DNA of 64,000 nucleotides from IMGVR_UViG_3300044797_000098:1-64000, one strand, 5' to 3'; shown: positions 1-10,795, counted from the first letter of the stretch. The notes: generated by a model not told the origin, from the sequence alone. Program-made: numbers and translations.

Positions 1-5
1 GTCAA

Positions 6-1190
6 TTACCCCGACATAAATGTTCGGGGCTTGTTGCTCGTCCTGCGTTTAGCAGGATGTTGTTTTTGAACGGCAACAATAGGCTCATTGACAAGAGCCC
101 AAGATAGAACGGTTGTTATACCGTTCAAAAGATTGATTGCGGATACTGCACGGTTTTTGATATTGATTGAGGCATTGACGTCTGCGTTTGTGGCGAAGCC
201 ACATTGCAGGCAAAGAAAATCGCTCTGCGATTTTCGATTACCCTTTTCACAATGTCCGCAGTTGCTACACGTTCTGCTTGTATTACGAGGATCAACGAGT
301 GCTACTGGAACACCTGCTATCTGCGCCTTGTAAAGTATGAACTGCATCAGTTGATTGAATGCCCACTTACCGTGCTTGTCTCTATCCTTTTTTCTAACCG
401 TTTTCTTGAAAGATTGCAAATCTTCGATTGCAATTCCAACATTGTGCCTTTTCGCTTCCGAGACAACCCGTTTGCTTATGATATGATTCGTGTTTCTCTT
501 GAATTTTCCTTCCTTGTTAGATATTCGTTTGAGATGACGTTTTGCGGACTTCGTTCCGCGAGACTGTAATCGTTTGCGTAAATTATGATATCGTTGTCTG
601 ACTGTTTCTACTTCGTTGCCTACGAACTTGACACCGTTGTCCAGCGTGGCTAAATTGACAATACCAGAATCCATACCGATAAAATCGGTTGGCAGATATT
701 GTTCTGCTTCTGGAACTTCGACTACGGCTTGTAGAAAAAAATTACCATTATTGAAAACTAATGTAGCACCGTTTCTAATCTTTCTATTGTATAAGTTTGC
801 ATATGTTCCGAAAGCGATTGGTATCTTTTTCAATCTTCTATTGATAGAAGATATGGAAATCATATCAAGGTTCTTGCCGAAGGCAAGAACCCTTGCATCA
901 AAATCGATTGATGAGTGTTTTTGGAAACGATGTTGAACGGTCTTGTCGTTTTTATATGTTGCTGAAACGCGTGCTATTGCACGGATTACAAATTGAGATG
1001 GTAGAGATGGAAACTGTTTGCGAACTTGATGATAGATTGCCTTTTGCAGTTTGAATTTAGAAAAACAACGATTAGCAAAAGCATATTCCGAGATCGAATT
1101 ACAAGTAGAATTGAACACATACATCGTGTTCAATAACGATTGTTTTTCGTTTGCAGAAACTATTAGTTTGACTGGAACGGTTAGCAACAT
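6..1190 (-). CDS. tnpB: TnpB RNA-guided nuclease (IS200/IS605-type), copy 1
   Basis: 394 aa; RuvC motifs GMDSG, IEDL, NADVNA; CxxC-CxxC zinc finger (CSNCG...CLQCG); right-end hairpin overlaps the 3' end of the gene. Confidence 0.93.
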   Translation of the reverse strand: MLLTVPVKLIVSANEKQSLLNTMYVFNSTCNSISEYAFANRCFSKFKLQKAIYHQVRKQFPSLPSQFVIRAIARVSATYKNDKTVQHRFQKHSSIDFDARVLAFGKNLDMISISSINRRLKKIPIAFGTYANLYNRKIRNGATLVFNNGNFFLQAVVEVPEAEQYLPTDFIGMDSGIVNLATLDNGVKFVGNEVETVRQRYHNLRKRLQSRGTKSAKRHLKRISNKEGKFKRNTNHIISKRVVSEAKRHNVGIAIEDLQSFKKTVRKKDRDKHGKWAFNQLMQFILYKAQIAGVPVALVDPRNTSRTCSNCGHCEKGNRKSQSDFLCLQCGFATNADVNASINIKNRAVSAINLLNGITTVLSWALVNEPIVAVQKQHPAKRRTSNKPRTFMSG

Positions 1191-1198
1191 ATCCGTCT

Positions 1199-1226
1199 AA
1201 TATAACTCGGAATAATAAGTTGTCAA
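1199..1226 (-). promoter_or_regulatory. Sigma70-like promoter of tnpB copy 1
   Basis: TTGACA-16 nt-TATATT just upstream of the start codon. Confidence 0.55.
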
Positions 1227-1488
1227 GAACAGAAAAGAAAATGAATAAAAACGTATGCTATAAAAACATTGACGCAGTTCCTCCCCGGGCTAAAAGCACC
1301 GGGGCTTCCCTGCTATAAGATCCGTGAAGGAACATCAATTTTGACTTTGAATATTTGCTGATTATACTGGTTCAGTGTTTCTCTAATTTGAACTGTTGCA
1401 TTAGTATCAAACTTACGCAATCTAACGAGCACATCTTGTAATACAGAACTCATCTTCATATCTCTTTTCTACTGTATTAGATACAGTG

Positions 1489-1562
1489 TGGAACCGGCGA
1501 GCAACGATCTCGCAACCTATCGGTTAAAAGCCGATTGCTACTGCCAATTGAGCTACGGTTCC
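1489..1562 (-). tRNA. tRNA-Lys(UUU), atypical D and T arms, no encoded CCA
   Basis: Acceptor stem GGAACCG/CGGTTCC; anticodon stem ATCGG/CCGAT with loop CTTTTAA; T stem GCGAG/CTCGC. Confidence 0.85.
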
Positions 1563-2033
1563 ATTCCCCCGAATAAGGCATCGGGAGAACCGCCACATAA
1601 CAACACGTCATTGTGGAACGTGTTGATACGACCTAATACTTATCCCTTCCCAACCAATACACCAGATTATCTTCCCTATGCAAACTCGTCCGCCACTTAA
1701 TCAATCTTGCAATCTGACCTTTGCTCATACCATCTCGGATGTGAAGTCCGAGATACTTTGCAAGACGGATTAGATTAGGAAGACTGGCTTTTTTGAGCGT
1801 GCTGACTTTCACTTGCTTCTTGTTTTGCTTCTGCTTTCCTTGCACCAACACAAGCATAGCATTCACACATACAACTTGCCGGACGCACGGCATAACAAGT
1901 GCAAAAATCTGCACCACAACCATAGAATTTGCGCTCCTTATCCGTGAGTTCATTCCAATCGAAACGTTCAAACACGAAGTCTTGAACGTATGCGTCGTAT
2001 GCAATCTCCGCAAGGGATTTTAGTTGCGGTTCT

Positions 2034-2387
2034 TTACTCACTGACTTCTTCATTGGTTTCTTCCGTTGCTTCCACGACAGCACTATCATCCTTCACGTGA
2101 ATGCTCTTCAAAAACTTGGTTTTCTCTGCGCCTTCGAAGGGCATCGGACGACCCATAAGTTTCCATGCAAGGTTCCTCGCATGATAGTTCGGATGCGAAG
2201 ATCGCAGATGAGGATTTTTCACGTCCGGAAACCTATACGGATTTTCCATATCCAAAAACTGCTCAGGCGGACACCCCCCATTCTTCATTGCTTTAATGGC
2301 TTGTGCTCGCGAGTATCGTTTCGCTGACTTCTCTTTGCTACCTTTGCTATGATTACCCATTTGATCATCCTCCGGGCTTTTGCCCAT
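2034..2387 (-). CDS. Hypothetical protein
   Basis: 117 aa ORF, co-oriented with its neighbours, acidic C-terminus. Confidence 0.6.
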   Translation of the reverse strand: MGKSPEDDQMGNHSKGSKEKSAKRYSRAQAIKAMKNGGCPPEQFLDMENPYRFPDVKNPHLRSSHPNYHARNLAWKLMGRPMPFEGAEKTKFLKSIHVKDDSAVVEATEETNEEVSE

Positions 2388-2408
2388 TCTGAATTGACTT
2401 GATTTGAA

Positions 2409-2594
2409 TTACGACTTACGATTTGCTTTAATGATTAGCCTTACCCAATGAGTTGCTTGAACCGAACCCGCAACAATGAAAAACGCACCAAAACAATACC
2501 AAAACGGTGTTCGTGGCGGATACGCCATATCAAAAACACCAAGTGCGATTGTGCATAATGACAGGATCAAAAAGAACAACGGATTATTCATCAT
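2409..2594 (-). CDS. Small membrane protein
   Basis: Two hydrophobic segments in 61 aa. Confidence 0.55.
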   Translation of the reverse strand: MMNNPLFFLILSLCTIALGVFDMAYPPRTPFWYCFGAFFIVAGSVQATHWVRLIIKANRKS

Positions 2595-2599
2595 CTTGA

Positions 2600-3844
2600 C
2601 GCAGGGATACCCTTGGCTTCAGTCAAGGGATGAACTGCGCTCCGTGAATTATTTTTGTGTTGCATACGATTTTTCTCAACTTTCTACTACTAATGATATA
2701 TATACTTACGATGCGAAGAACTTTTTCTTTCTATATGCTTGCTCCAAACGGATTTTTAGACTATCTAAAAACTTGTTCGGATATTTTTACTCGTCATGTG
2801 GAATGGGCATTTTCTAATAAATCTACTAATAAGGTTCAAGCACACAAAGACTTGTATCAAGTTATTCGTTCCGAATATCCAAACATACCTTCCAACATTT
2901 TACAAGCAACACGAGATCAAGCATTGGAAGCAGTTAGAAGATTGAAGTTCAAAATCAAACCTAAAAAGAAACCACATTCAGCGGTTAGATACGATGCCAG
3001 AACAATTACTCTTCGCGGTAATCTTTTGACTTTTTCGTGGTCAGGCAAACGAATTAGAACACTAATCAATTTACCACAACATTTTCAACAATACAAAAAT
3101 TGGAAGATGCAATCAGGAACTATTGGTTATGACAAGGTCAAAAAGCAACTAAAAATTAGCCTTATTTTTGAGGCACCAGATACGATACCTATTCAAAACT
3201 CAACAAGAATAGTAGGCGTAGATCGCGGATTATATAATATCGTCTCGTTGTCAGACGGTCAATTGTATAATGCGCGAACGGTAAGAAAAAAGAAACGCGA
3301 GTTTCTTTATACGAAACGACAACTCCAAGCAAAAGGCACTCGATCTGCTAAACGAAAACTAAAAGCAAGATCAGGTCGAGAAAAGCGGTTCAGCACGGAT
3401 ACCAATCATGTAATTAGTAAATGGTTAGTAAATCAGTCATATGATACATTCGTTTTTGAAGACTTGAAAAACATTAGCAAGCAACGCAAAGGCAAGGTAT
3501 TGAATGGATGGCTTTCTAACTGGACATTTTTTCAATTAGAACAATTCGTTTTGTATAAAGCATCAACATTAGGCAAACAGGTTGTCAAGGTAGATGCAAG
3601 ATATACAAGTCAAAAATGCTCTAATTGTGGAATTGTTGAAAAATCTAATCGCAATAAATCAAGATATTGTTGCAGTAAATGCGGATATATAGAACACGCT
3701 GATATCAATGCTGCAAAAAATATCAAGATGAATTATACTCTCTCGTTAGCAGTAATGAATAACGAGCAGGCACCAGTCAATGTGCCATATGTGTCGATAG
3801 CAATATTAGATACAAGCCCTTGCCTTTAGGCAAGGGTACTTGAC
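2600..3844 (+). mobile_element. Non-autonomous IS200/IS605-like element carrying tnpB only
   Basis: Left hairpin CGCAGGGATACCCTTGG...CAAGGGATGAACTGCG at 2600-2639; right end CCCTTGCC-TTTA-GGCAAGGG-TACTTGAC ending at 3844. Confidence 0.75.
2711..3829 (+). CDS. tnpB: TnpB RNA-guided nuclease, copy 2 (start reassigned to MRRTFSF at 2711)
   Basis: RuvC motifs GVDRG, FEDL, HADINA; zinc finger CSNCG...CSKCG; N-terminus parallels copy 3 (MQRTISI). Confidence 0.93.
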   Translation: MRRTFSFYMLAPNGFLDYLKTCSDIFTRHVEWAFSNKSTNKVQAHKDLYQVIRSEYPNIPSNILQATRDQALEAVRRLKFKIKPKKKPHSAVRYDARTITLRGNLLTFSWSGKRIRTLINLPQHFQQYKNWKMQSGTIGYDKVKKQLKISLIFEAPDTIPIQNSTRIVGVDRGLYNIVSLSDGQLYNARTVRKKKREFLYTKRQLQAKGTRSAKRKLKARSGREKRFSTDTNHVISKWLVNQSYDTFVFEDLKNISKQRKGKVLNGWLSNWTFFQLEQFVLYKASTLGKQVVKVDARYTSQKCSNCGIVEKSNRNKSRYCCSKCGYIEHADINAAKNIKMNYTLSLAVMNNEQAPVNVPYVSIAILDTSPCL

Positions 3845-3846
3845 AA

Positions 3847-4980
3847 TCATCGAGCAAAAGGCTTGCACACGCGAGCCTTTATGTCCTGAAAACGAAGCCT
3901 AATGCTTTTGCGTTGAAGCGTTGCAACCGACAATGGCTTCTTATCATTCGAGCACAACAAGAGATCAACCTCTTCTTTGTCTTTATACCATTTCGTTGGA
4001 GGAGCAAGGAACTTATCCATTAGCGCATCGAACACTTCTCGGAAGGCGCCCGAAGCAAAAAACGCTACAATCAACAGAACCACTGCGATACATATAATCA
4101 TGGTCATAAGACCAACCATGATTACTGCAACTCTATGGTTCAAAACCATCATAACTATCAGTGTAAAAACGATTGGCATGAACGGAAGCAAGCATATCTT
4201 GCGAAGGACATACCAAGCAATCTCACCAGCAGAATACTCCTTAATGTGGTCTTTGTCTTCTGGCAACTTACGAATGAAGAATGTTCCCTCATCATATGTC
4301 AGTCTAACACTATCGCCAAGATCATATCCTGAAAATGGATTCAGGTATTCGAACTTGAAACCTCTCCAACCAAAAGCCAATGCACTAACACCGCACATAA
4401 CAAACCGAACAATGAAGCTCAACAAAACCATTGGAACTTGGATGGTATAAGCAAACAATCTACGCTTACGGAAGTCGCATTGATCAACTGCCTTATTGCT
4501 GAACATCCAATTCACATACGTCTTTTCCAACTCGGAAGGTTCCTTTGCGAAACATTCCTTTGGAATGTCAAGAGATAGAACTGGTGCTGCATTCGGTGGA
4601 GTATTCGTTTCCGACATTGATGATGGAATAGACCACTCATTGTTATCGACAACCGTAGTTTCGTATATACCGTTGTGGGTTGTTAGATATGTTGTCCTTG
4701 CTGACTTTCGATCTTGCGCAGAAACGAATGCAAAAACGTTATTCTTTCCGGGCTTCTTGAACGTGATGTATGTCATTAGTTCCGTAAGTGGAACAACATA
4801 TCGCGTTTCGTATAATGTATATTGCCCGCCAATATTTTCTGCTGCGACAACAATCACAACTTGCGGATCAACAACACCATTATCAGTGAGCGTTTTGATC
4901 AGGTCTTTATCTACGCACCAACTGATTGCAATGCTACCAGTTGATATATCTGCGTTAGGGTCAATATGAAGTTCAAACAT
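3847..4980 (-). CDS. Membrane protein of unknown function
   Basis: 377 aa with several hydrophobic helices in the C-terminal half. Confidence 0.75.
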   Translation of the reverse strand: MFELHIDPNADISTGSIAISWCVDKDLIKTLTDNGVVDPQVVIVVAAENIGGQYTLYETRYVVPLTELMTYITFKKPGKNNVFAFVSAQDRKSARTTYLTTHNGIYETTVVDNNEWSIPSSMSETNTPPNAAPVLSLDIPKECFAKEPSELEKTYVNWMFSNKAVDQCDFRKRRLFAYTIQVPMVLLSFIVRFVMCGVSALAFGWRGFKFEYLNPFSGYDLGDSVRLTYDEGTFFIRKLPEDKDHIKEYSAGEIAWYVLRKICLLPFMPIVFTLIVMMVLNHRVAVIMVGLMTMIICIAVVLLIVAFFASGAFREVFDALMDKFLAPPTKWYKDKEEVDLLLCSNDKKPLSVATLQRKSIRLRFQDIKARVCKPFAR

Positions 4981-4986
4981 TGGTAT

Positions 4987-5541
4987 CTACTTTCTGACAG
5001 ACAACGACAAGTCTGCGCTCATCATATACTGAACGTTGATGGCGGATGCTGGAATGCAAGTGCTCAGATCAACCGTGATCGTAGCAACGCCAGCAGCCAA
5101 TATATCCACGAGTGTGGCGTTGTCAAGGAGGATCGGAAGAGGAATAACTCCATTGATTGGAGTAAAATCCGTTTCCGATAGGAGTTGTTCTGGTTGATTG
5201 TCATTGTTGATGAAGATGCGTGCATGCTTGAACGACGACAGATCACCCGACAAGTTATTGCCAATGAAGGAAACAGTAAGCGTTCCTTGCTTCTTCAACT
5301 GCGTTAGAGGATCATGAATATCAATCGTTGTGCTTTGCGTTGTGGTGAAAACCGGCGCATCGGTAGTCCCACAGATAGGAGGACTATAACCACCAAGTGA
5401 TGGTGCAACGAATGACATATCCTCATTGACATTGATAGTGTCGGAAAGAGTTCCAGAGACACACGCACACACGCATGTGCATGCGAGAATAGATAGGAGA
5501 GTTGAAGCCTTCATTGTTCGTTGTCCTTTCAAAACAGCCAA
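4987..5541 (-). CDS. Putative secreted protein or lipoprotein
   Basis: Signal-like N-terminus ending CTCVCAC. Confidence 0.65.
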   Translation of the reverse strand: MAVLKGQRTMKASTLLSILACTCVCACVSGTLSDTINVNEDMSFVAPSLGGYSPPICGTTDAPVFTTTQSTTIDIHDPLTQLKKQGTLTVSFIGNNLSGDLSSFKHARIFINNDNQPEQLLSETDFTPINGVIPLPILLDNATLVDILAAGVATITVDLSTCIPASAINVQYMMSADLSLSVRK

Positions 5542-6182
5542 TCAAAACCGATCTGACCCGATGGTGCGATCAGATTAACATTGGGCGAACCAATCGAAAC
5601 GCCAGCAGGAAGCGTGAATGCATTACCGAAGTTAGAAACGTTCGCATCAACGTGAGTAATGCCACCACGCAGGAAGAAACGAACATGACGACGAGAACCA
5701 AACTCTACGCCTAATAGGGCACTCTCATACGTATAAGAAACGGTTGGACTATTGTGGATTGATGGAATGGTTGATGGGAAAAAACCACCTGCTTCGCCAG
5801 TCAATGTAAGACCAACAGACGAGTTGAACGGATCAATTGTTGCATGTCCGCCAAGACCGGCACCAACATAATTCCAATTAGCATCCGCACCAAGTTTCAA
5901 CCAAGGCAACCAAGGAGAAACAAGAACACCAACCGATCCGCCAGTTGGAAACCCAATTGACGCGGATATACCTGCATGAAACTTGTATGGATTTGAACTG
6001 CTAATATCAGGATGATATTCCGTTCGATAGTTCGGTTGAACGGGTTCGGGAGCAACAGGAACCGTTGGAACAACAGGCTCCGGCGCGGGAACAACCAATG
6101 GTGCTTCTTGTGCAAACGCAGAGGAAGCAACACCAACAATGCACAACGCAATCAACGAACTAACGATCTTCCTATTCATCAC
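5529..6182 (-). CDS. Putative outer-membrane beta-barrel protein
   Basis: Signal peptide (ASSAFA), Pro-rich linker, amphipathic Gly-rich strands, C-terminal aromatic beta-signal GFDWLF. Confidence 0.7.
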   Translation of the reverse strand: MMNRKIVSSLIALCIVGVASSAFAQEAPLVVPAPEPVVPTVPVAPEPVQPNYRTEYHPDISSSNPYKFHAGISASIGFPTGGSVGVLVSPWLPWLKLGADANWNYVGAGLGGHATIDPFNSSVGLTLTGEAGGFFPSTIPSIHNSPTVSYTYESALLGVEFGSRRHVRFFLRGGITHVDANVSNFGNAFTLPAGVSIGSPNVNLIAPSGQIGFDWLF

Positions 6183-6387
6183 TCACTCCTTATTTACAAG
6201 ACGGTTGAGAAACAACACAAGCGACACAACGAAACACGCGTAGTAAATTGCAGTCATACCAATAACCCACCAAGCATTGTTAAGTCCAATACTGATGTAT
6301 GTCATTAGGCACGATCCAAGAAACCACGCAATCGTAGTGATCGCAAAATCTAACGCAGACATATGCTTCATCATTGAATGATCCTTA

Positions 6388-6816
6388 TCATATTAGGATG
6401 AGGTATTTTTGAGCAACATCGAATGCTTTCTTATACTCGTTGTGGTAATTGTTCATCTCATCTATCAGGTAAGAGTAATCGCCCTCTTTATAGTCAGCAA
6501 CAATAATACCAAACGGATTAACTTCCATATCGTGTAATTGTTTTCCTGTAATAGGAATGGGCATCTTATTGATATCGAATCTAGTTATTGACAAGACACC
6601 GGTTAGCCATTTGCCGGGCTTATCGTGCCTATGGATGTAATCATTGCGTGTTCCATCGAAGTGCTGGCCGAGCAATAGGTAGAAACTGCTCCGCAGGAGC
6701 TTCGCTCTTCTACTTCCACTAAAATTGCCAAGGAAGATTGGCTCCCCAAACAATGGCTTTTCCATTGGCATCTCTATGCTACTGCTCCGCAGGAGCTTCG
6801 CTCTTCTTCTTCGCAA
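6388..6816 (-). CDS. Hypothetical protein containing a 24-nt insertion (true start probably near MPMEK)
   Basis: ORF track; the RAKLLRSS peptide comes from the inserted element. Confidence 0.55.
   Translation of the reverse strand: MRRRRAKLLRSSSIEMPMEKPLFGEPIFLGNFSGSRRAKLLRSSFYLLLGQHFDGTRNDYIHRHDKPGKWLTGVLSITRFDINKMPIPITGKQLHDMEVNPFGIIVADYKEGDYSYLIDEMNNYHNEYKKAFDVAQKYLILI
6686..6709. repeat. 24-nt dispersed hairpin element, copy A
   Basis: CTGCTCCGCAGGAGCTTCGCTCTT, identical at four loci. Confidence 0.95.
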
Positions 6817-7088
6817 TCAATATCGATATACGGGATTACCAACTCACCAGCACTATCCAATTCAGAATGAAGGAAGATCGTTCCGACAACTTTCTTCTTC
6901 GTTTTATTGCCTTGATCACCAATCTCGTATTCAGCATTGAACATTGCAGTCATTCTCTTGTGTTGATTGCCAACTTCGTAGAATGTAATCGTTGGCTCAC
7001 GCTTGAATGTTGAATGCAATGCCTGCCTCAATGCTTGCTTCACACCGAAGTTAGGCGCAATGAATACATGAACGTTGGAGATGCGCAC
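6774..7088 (-). CDS. Hypothetical protein
   Basis: 104 aa, co-oriented with flanking genes. Confidence 0.6.
   Translation of the reverse strand: MRISNVHVFIAPNFGVKQALRQALHSTFKREPTITFYEVGNQHKRMTAMFNAEYEIGDQGNKTKKKVVGTIFLHSELDSAGELVIPYIDIDCEEEERSSCGAVA
6782..6805. repeat. 24-nt dispersed hairpin element, copy B
   Basis: Identical copy, in frame at the 3' end of ORF 6774..7088 (ERSSCGAV). Confidence 0.95.
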
Positions 7089-7329
7089 TTGTTATACCGA
7101 GTAATTCAATGGAACGATGTTCTCTTTGCCGGACTTGTCAATGAGAATAAGCGTTGGCGTTTCGACGTGAAGGATTGCGGTTGGGAACACATCTCCAGCA
7201 CGCAACTGATTGCTGATATCCTTCTTCAATGCAACGTTGTGGAAGACCCAATGAGTTTCTTCCTTGTTCGTTGGATTACCATCTTTCCAATTGATCAACT
7301 TGCTAATTGCTTTCATGTGTGATTTTCCT

Positions 7330-7425
7330 TTACAGTATTTTCAATAGGACAATTACTGCTCCGCAGGAGCTTCGCTCTTCTACGATTATTGTGCCACATA
7401 TGAGTTCAAGATTTGTGGTGCTCAT
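7330..7425 (-). CDS. Small hydrophobic peptide interrupted in frame by the 24-nt element (not in ORF track)
   Basis: MSTTNLELICGTIIVEERSSCGAVIVLLKIL; removing the element restores a continuous hydrophobic helix IIVVIVLLKIL. Confidence 0.5.
   Translation of the reverse strand: MSTTNLELICGTIIVEERSSCGAVIVLLKIL
7356..7379. repeat. 24-nt dispersed hairpin element, copy C
   Basis: Identical copy. Confidence 0.95.
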
Positions 7426-7761
7426 TGGTTATGCTTTTCCTTCTTCGAACCAAACTTCTCTTTGAGTTCATGCACAGCCCAACGGGCAAGTTCGTTTCCA
7501 ATTGTTGTTAGAATTGCAGTTGCAGTCATAACAATGATGTAAGGGCGCCAACTATCTTTCCAGTCTTCTTGTGGATTGAACATCACTTATGTGATTCCAT
7601 TGTCTCTTTTGCCAATTCAATCAATCTAACTGGAACGCTTCCGTCCTCGGCATATAACCCGAGAAAATCACAAACTGCATCGGCAAGCAACTCTACATTA
7701 CCGTCAAAATTGTTGCAGTTAGCACGCAACCAACCCTTTGCTTTTCGTTCCTCAACTGGCT

Positions 7762-8793
7762 TCATTGATTACCTTTCTCAATTCTAAACTCAACATCCTT
7801 ATCATAACTGGCTTTTATGATTTCTTTAAGAGTCTTCTCTGCTTGTTCAAGCACGAAGCGTTCGACTTCAAAAGTGGATTGAAACCGAGCCCGGCTGACG
7901 TCGATGGCGCGGTCGCTGCGCAAAATGTTTGCATCAAAATCAAACCAACCATGAGTAGTGAGAACTTCTTTTGCACCACCTAATGGGTTTTTCGTGATGA
8001 TGTAATTTTTTGAAGATTCAGTCTTATCGCATGGACAATTTACATGCCAGACCTTCTTATCACAGACAGGAATGTCCTTTACCTTCTTTGCTGGCTTTGC
8101 TTTCTTCGTTCGCTTTGCGATATGAACTCGCCCATCGCTTGGAGGATTACGAAGACTCTTTACTACTTCGATTGCTTCATGACGATAGAACAATGTTGCA
8201 TCACTCTTCTTGAGTTGCCAAGCACCAAGATACTCGTTCCAGTATTCGAGTTGCATTACATTCTTGTCGTCCATAATCTCTTGGCGGACAACATAATCGC
8301 AACCATCAACGTCCAACTTTTGAGTTGCAGAATTCTTCGCAGAATATTCACTGGTATCTTCCCACGTTTTAGCAGCAATGGACGGGATATCATACGTATG
8401 ATCTTGTGCAACCTTCTTGTATGTATTAGTGTACAAATCAGCCAGATAATACTCATATCCATAATCAACGATCGAATTACGCAAGTCTTTAATGATCTCC
8501 CTGCGTTCAGTTTCGTTAGTCTCATTATACCATAGATTACACAGATCATAAATGCCAGCATCCCTAAGCGCGAGTTCAATTACATCATCAATGAAGCCTT
8601 CACTTAGACCATTTTCTTGCATAGCACGTTCAACATCATATAGCATTCCATGCTGATGTTTGTTAGTCTTGAATGGAATCTCTTGCGCGACCTTCTTGTA
8701 TGTGTCTCCGCCCCACACAATGGTATCCGCATCGAGCATTTCAATGCGTGGAAAATCCATATGAACATCTGGAATCAACTTATACTTTGTCAT
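7762..8793 (-). CDS. Hypothetical phage protein
   Basis: 343 aa ORF downstream of a consensus-like promoter. Confidence 0.75.
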   Translation of the reverse strand: MTKYKLIPDVHMDFPRIEMLDADTIVWGGDTYKKVAQEIPFKTNKHQHGMLYDVERAMQENGLSEGFIDDVIELALRDAGIYDLCNLWYNETNETERREIIKDLRNSIVDYGYEYYLADLYTNTYKKVAQDHTYDIPSIAAKTWEDTSEYSAKNSATQKLDVDGCDYVVRQEIMDDKNVMQLEYWNEYLGAWQLKKSDATLFYRHEAIEVVKSLRNPPSDGRVHIAKRTKKAKPAKKVKDIPVCDKKVWHVNCPCDKTESSKNYIITKNPLGGAKEVLTTHGWFDFDANILRSDRAIDVSRARFQSTFEVERFVLEQAEKTLKEIIKASYDKDVEFRIEKGNQ

Positions 8794-8825
8794 CTTCGTT
8801 CCTTTTTTTTGAATTCACGCTTACC

Positions 8826-8854
8826 AGTATAAGCACGCGCGCACGCACGCGCAA
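8826..8854 (-). promoter_or_regulatory. Sigma70-like early promoter
   Basis: TTGCGC-17 nt (GTGCGTGCGCGCGTGCT)-TATACT. Confidence 0.55.
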
Positions 8855-10519
8855 GTGTCCAGTGTAGGATACACTACTACATTAGTGTCATTCACTTACC
8901 AATCCCATCAATCACCCTGGGAATCGTTCGCGTCAACCACTCCGCTTGCTCAACTGTTAGAACCATCGACTGAATCATCTTACCAACGTCATCATACGAA
9001 CGAACTTCGATCAAACCCAGTCCATCAAAATCTTCGCTGGCTTGAAGATACTCGCCAGTATTATTACGATACAATCGATACATAATCTCTTCGTTATACG
9101 TTGCCATTGTCATTCTCCATCTACTGATTGTGGCTCATCATGGTAAGTGCCATCATCCCATCGATATACACCAGTGTATATAACGAGCTGTCCTTTGTTG
9201 TCTGTATCCAACTCGCATGGGGCTACACCACTAACCAGATCGATGATGCCGTCTTGAACTTCTGCTATGGTATATGTAGCCATGTTAATTCAACTCTCCA
9301 ACCATCACAACAACAGAAGTAATCGTAGTCGGAACAATTACATCACCAGCATCATATTGACCAAGCAATTGAACATCGTTCGTCCATACAATCAACACTG
9401 GTTGTCCGACAACAATCGGATTGCTGATCTCACGATACGTTTTCCAATTACCATCATTGCCAAGTCGTTCCGTGCCAGCACACAAACCTGACACTCGTCG
9501 AACTTGCTTATTAGTTTCATTGACTTCGTAGATACTACCTGACTTTGTTTCGAAACGCATTTGATTTATTCCTGTGGATATGGGGTATTCTTGAATGGAA
9601 CAACTTCGTGATGACCTACATCCTTCGAAGGAAAGATATACGTCTTTGGGTATGATTCTGTGTGTCCACACGTAGGACATGGGTGATGGGCGCCAATCAG
9701 AACATACGTAGCAGGCTTTTCTTCCAACTCTACATAGCCATCAATGCGATTACCATCGTCATCATGACTGCCATTCGTTTCATCTACTTGATTCCACCAT
9801 ACTGCAATATTGGAACACACGTGGCAGATGATGTCAGAGTAGTCGTATGCATCTCTGGTGAAGTAATGACCTTTGGCACATAGGTATTGTGTTGCCTTCG
9901 AAACTCAATTAGCACCTCCAATAACATTCAATGCATACCCATACGTATCAAGTGCTTGTCTTGCTTTCCTTGCAACATCACGATCCCCATCGATGATGCT
10001 CTCATTGAGATATGTCTCACGATGACGACTGGAAAGAATGCGAATGGTCTGAACGAGAATGGCTTTGGATTGGATTGTCGAATACATCGTTGATCCTTTA
10101 ATTGAAGGAGTTGTAGATTGCCAACAGACACATTGCGATCAGAACAAGGATTTCAAACGTTATGATTGCTTGGACTATTTTGTATGCCATGCGTATGTGC
10201 TCATTGATTGCTGGCATTGAATGGATTGCATTTGACAATACCATTGTTAGCACACCAATCATTTGGTGCCACTATCACAGTGTATCCTGCTGGACACTTC
10301 TTTGCCATACAAGCCACCCAATCAGTTTCGGAACATCTATATCTAGTGCTCTACGATTGATTGTAATCTCACATAGAGCGTTGCTAACTTTTTCCGGTTA
10401 GCATCGGACACCACACTAATTTTCGTCAGGTGGATTACCCCACGACTTCTTCTATGAAGAATGGTCGAACAAGCAAGAGGGATGCTACTATTTCATCCCT
10501 CCTGCTCATTCATTGTCTT

Positions 10520-10795
10520 TCAGAGTTCAACCGTTTCCTTGGCCTTCGGTTCATTCTGCCCACGCAGAATCCAACGGGTCTTACCGTTGATCGGACGCGA
10601 CAGAATGGTGAGGGTCTTTCCGTTGCGAGACACCCGACGAACCTCGCCGAGTTCAGCAGCAATCTTCTCAATGAGAGCGCTCTTGCGATCGGTCAGTTCC
10701 GCAAGTTGCGCTTTGAGATCCGCTTCGAGAGCAACGGTCTCATTGTCGAGGTTGTCAATCTGAGAGAAAAGGGCACTAACTGCTTGCTTGTTCAT
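10520..10795 (-). CDS. Coiled-coil hypothetical protein, paralog of 43520..43825
   Basis: Heptad-like N-terminus, then GKTLT...LRG...K..VEL shared with the paralog. Confidence 0.65.
   Translation of the reverse strand: MNKQAVSALFSQIDNLDNETVALEADLKAQLAELTDRKSALIEKIAAELGEVRRVSRNGKTLTILSRPINGKTRWILRGQNEPKAKETVEL

Larger units (their letters stand above)
1..1313 (-). mobile_element. Non-autonomous IS200/IS605-like element carrying tnpB only
   Basis: Right end (minus strand) CAAGCCCCGAACATTTATGTCGGGGTAATTGAC at 1-33; left-end hairpin GCAGGGAAGCCCCGG...CCGGGGAGGAACTGC at about 1273-1313; no tnpA seen. Confidence 0.75.

Noticed and set aside
2657-2710. N-terminal extension of TnpB copy 2 given by the ORF track
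   Set aside because: It overlaps the AT-rich promoter region; copy 3 aligns from the ATG at 2711
10400-10470. Hammerhead-like fragment GUC|GUGG..CCAC-CUGACGA on the minus strand
   Set aside because: No GAAA-linked stem III or stem II can be formed on either side
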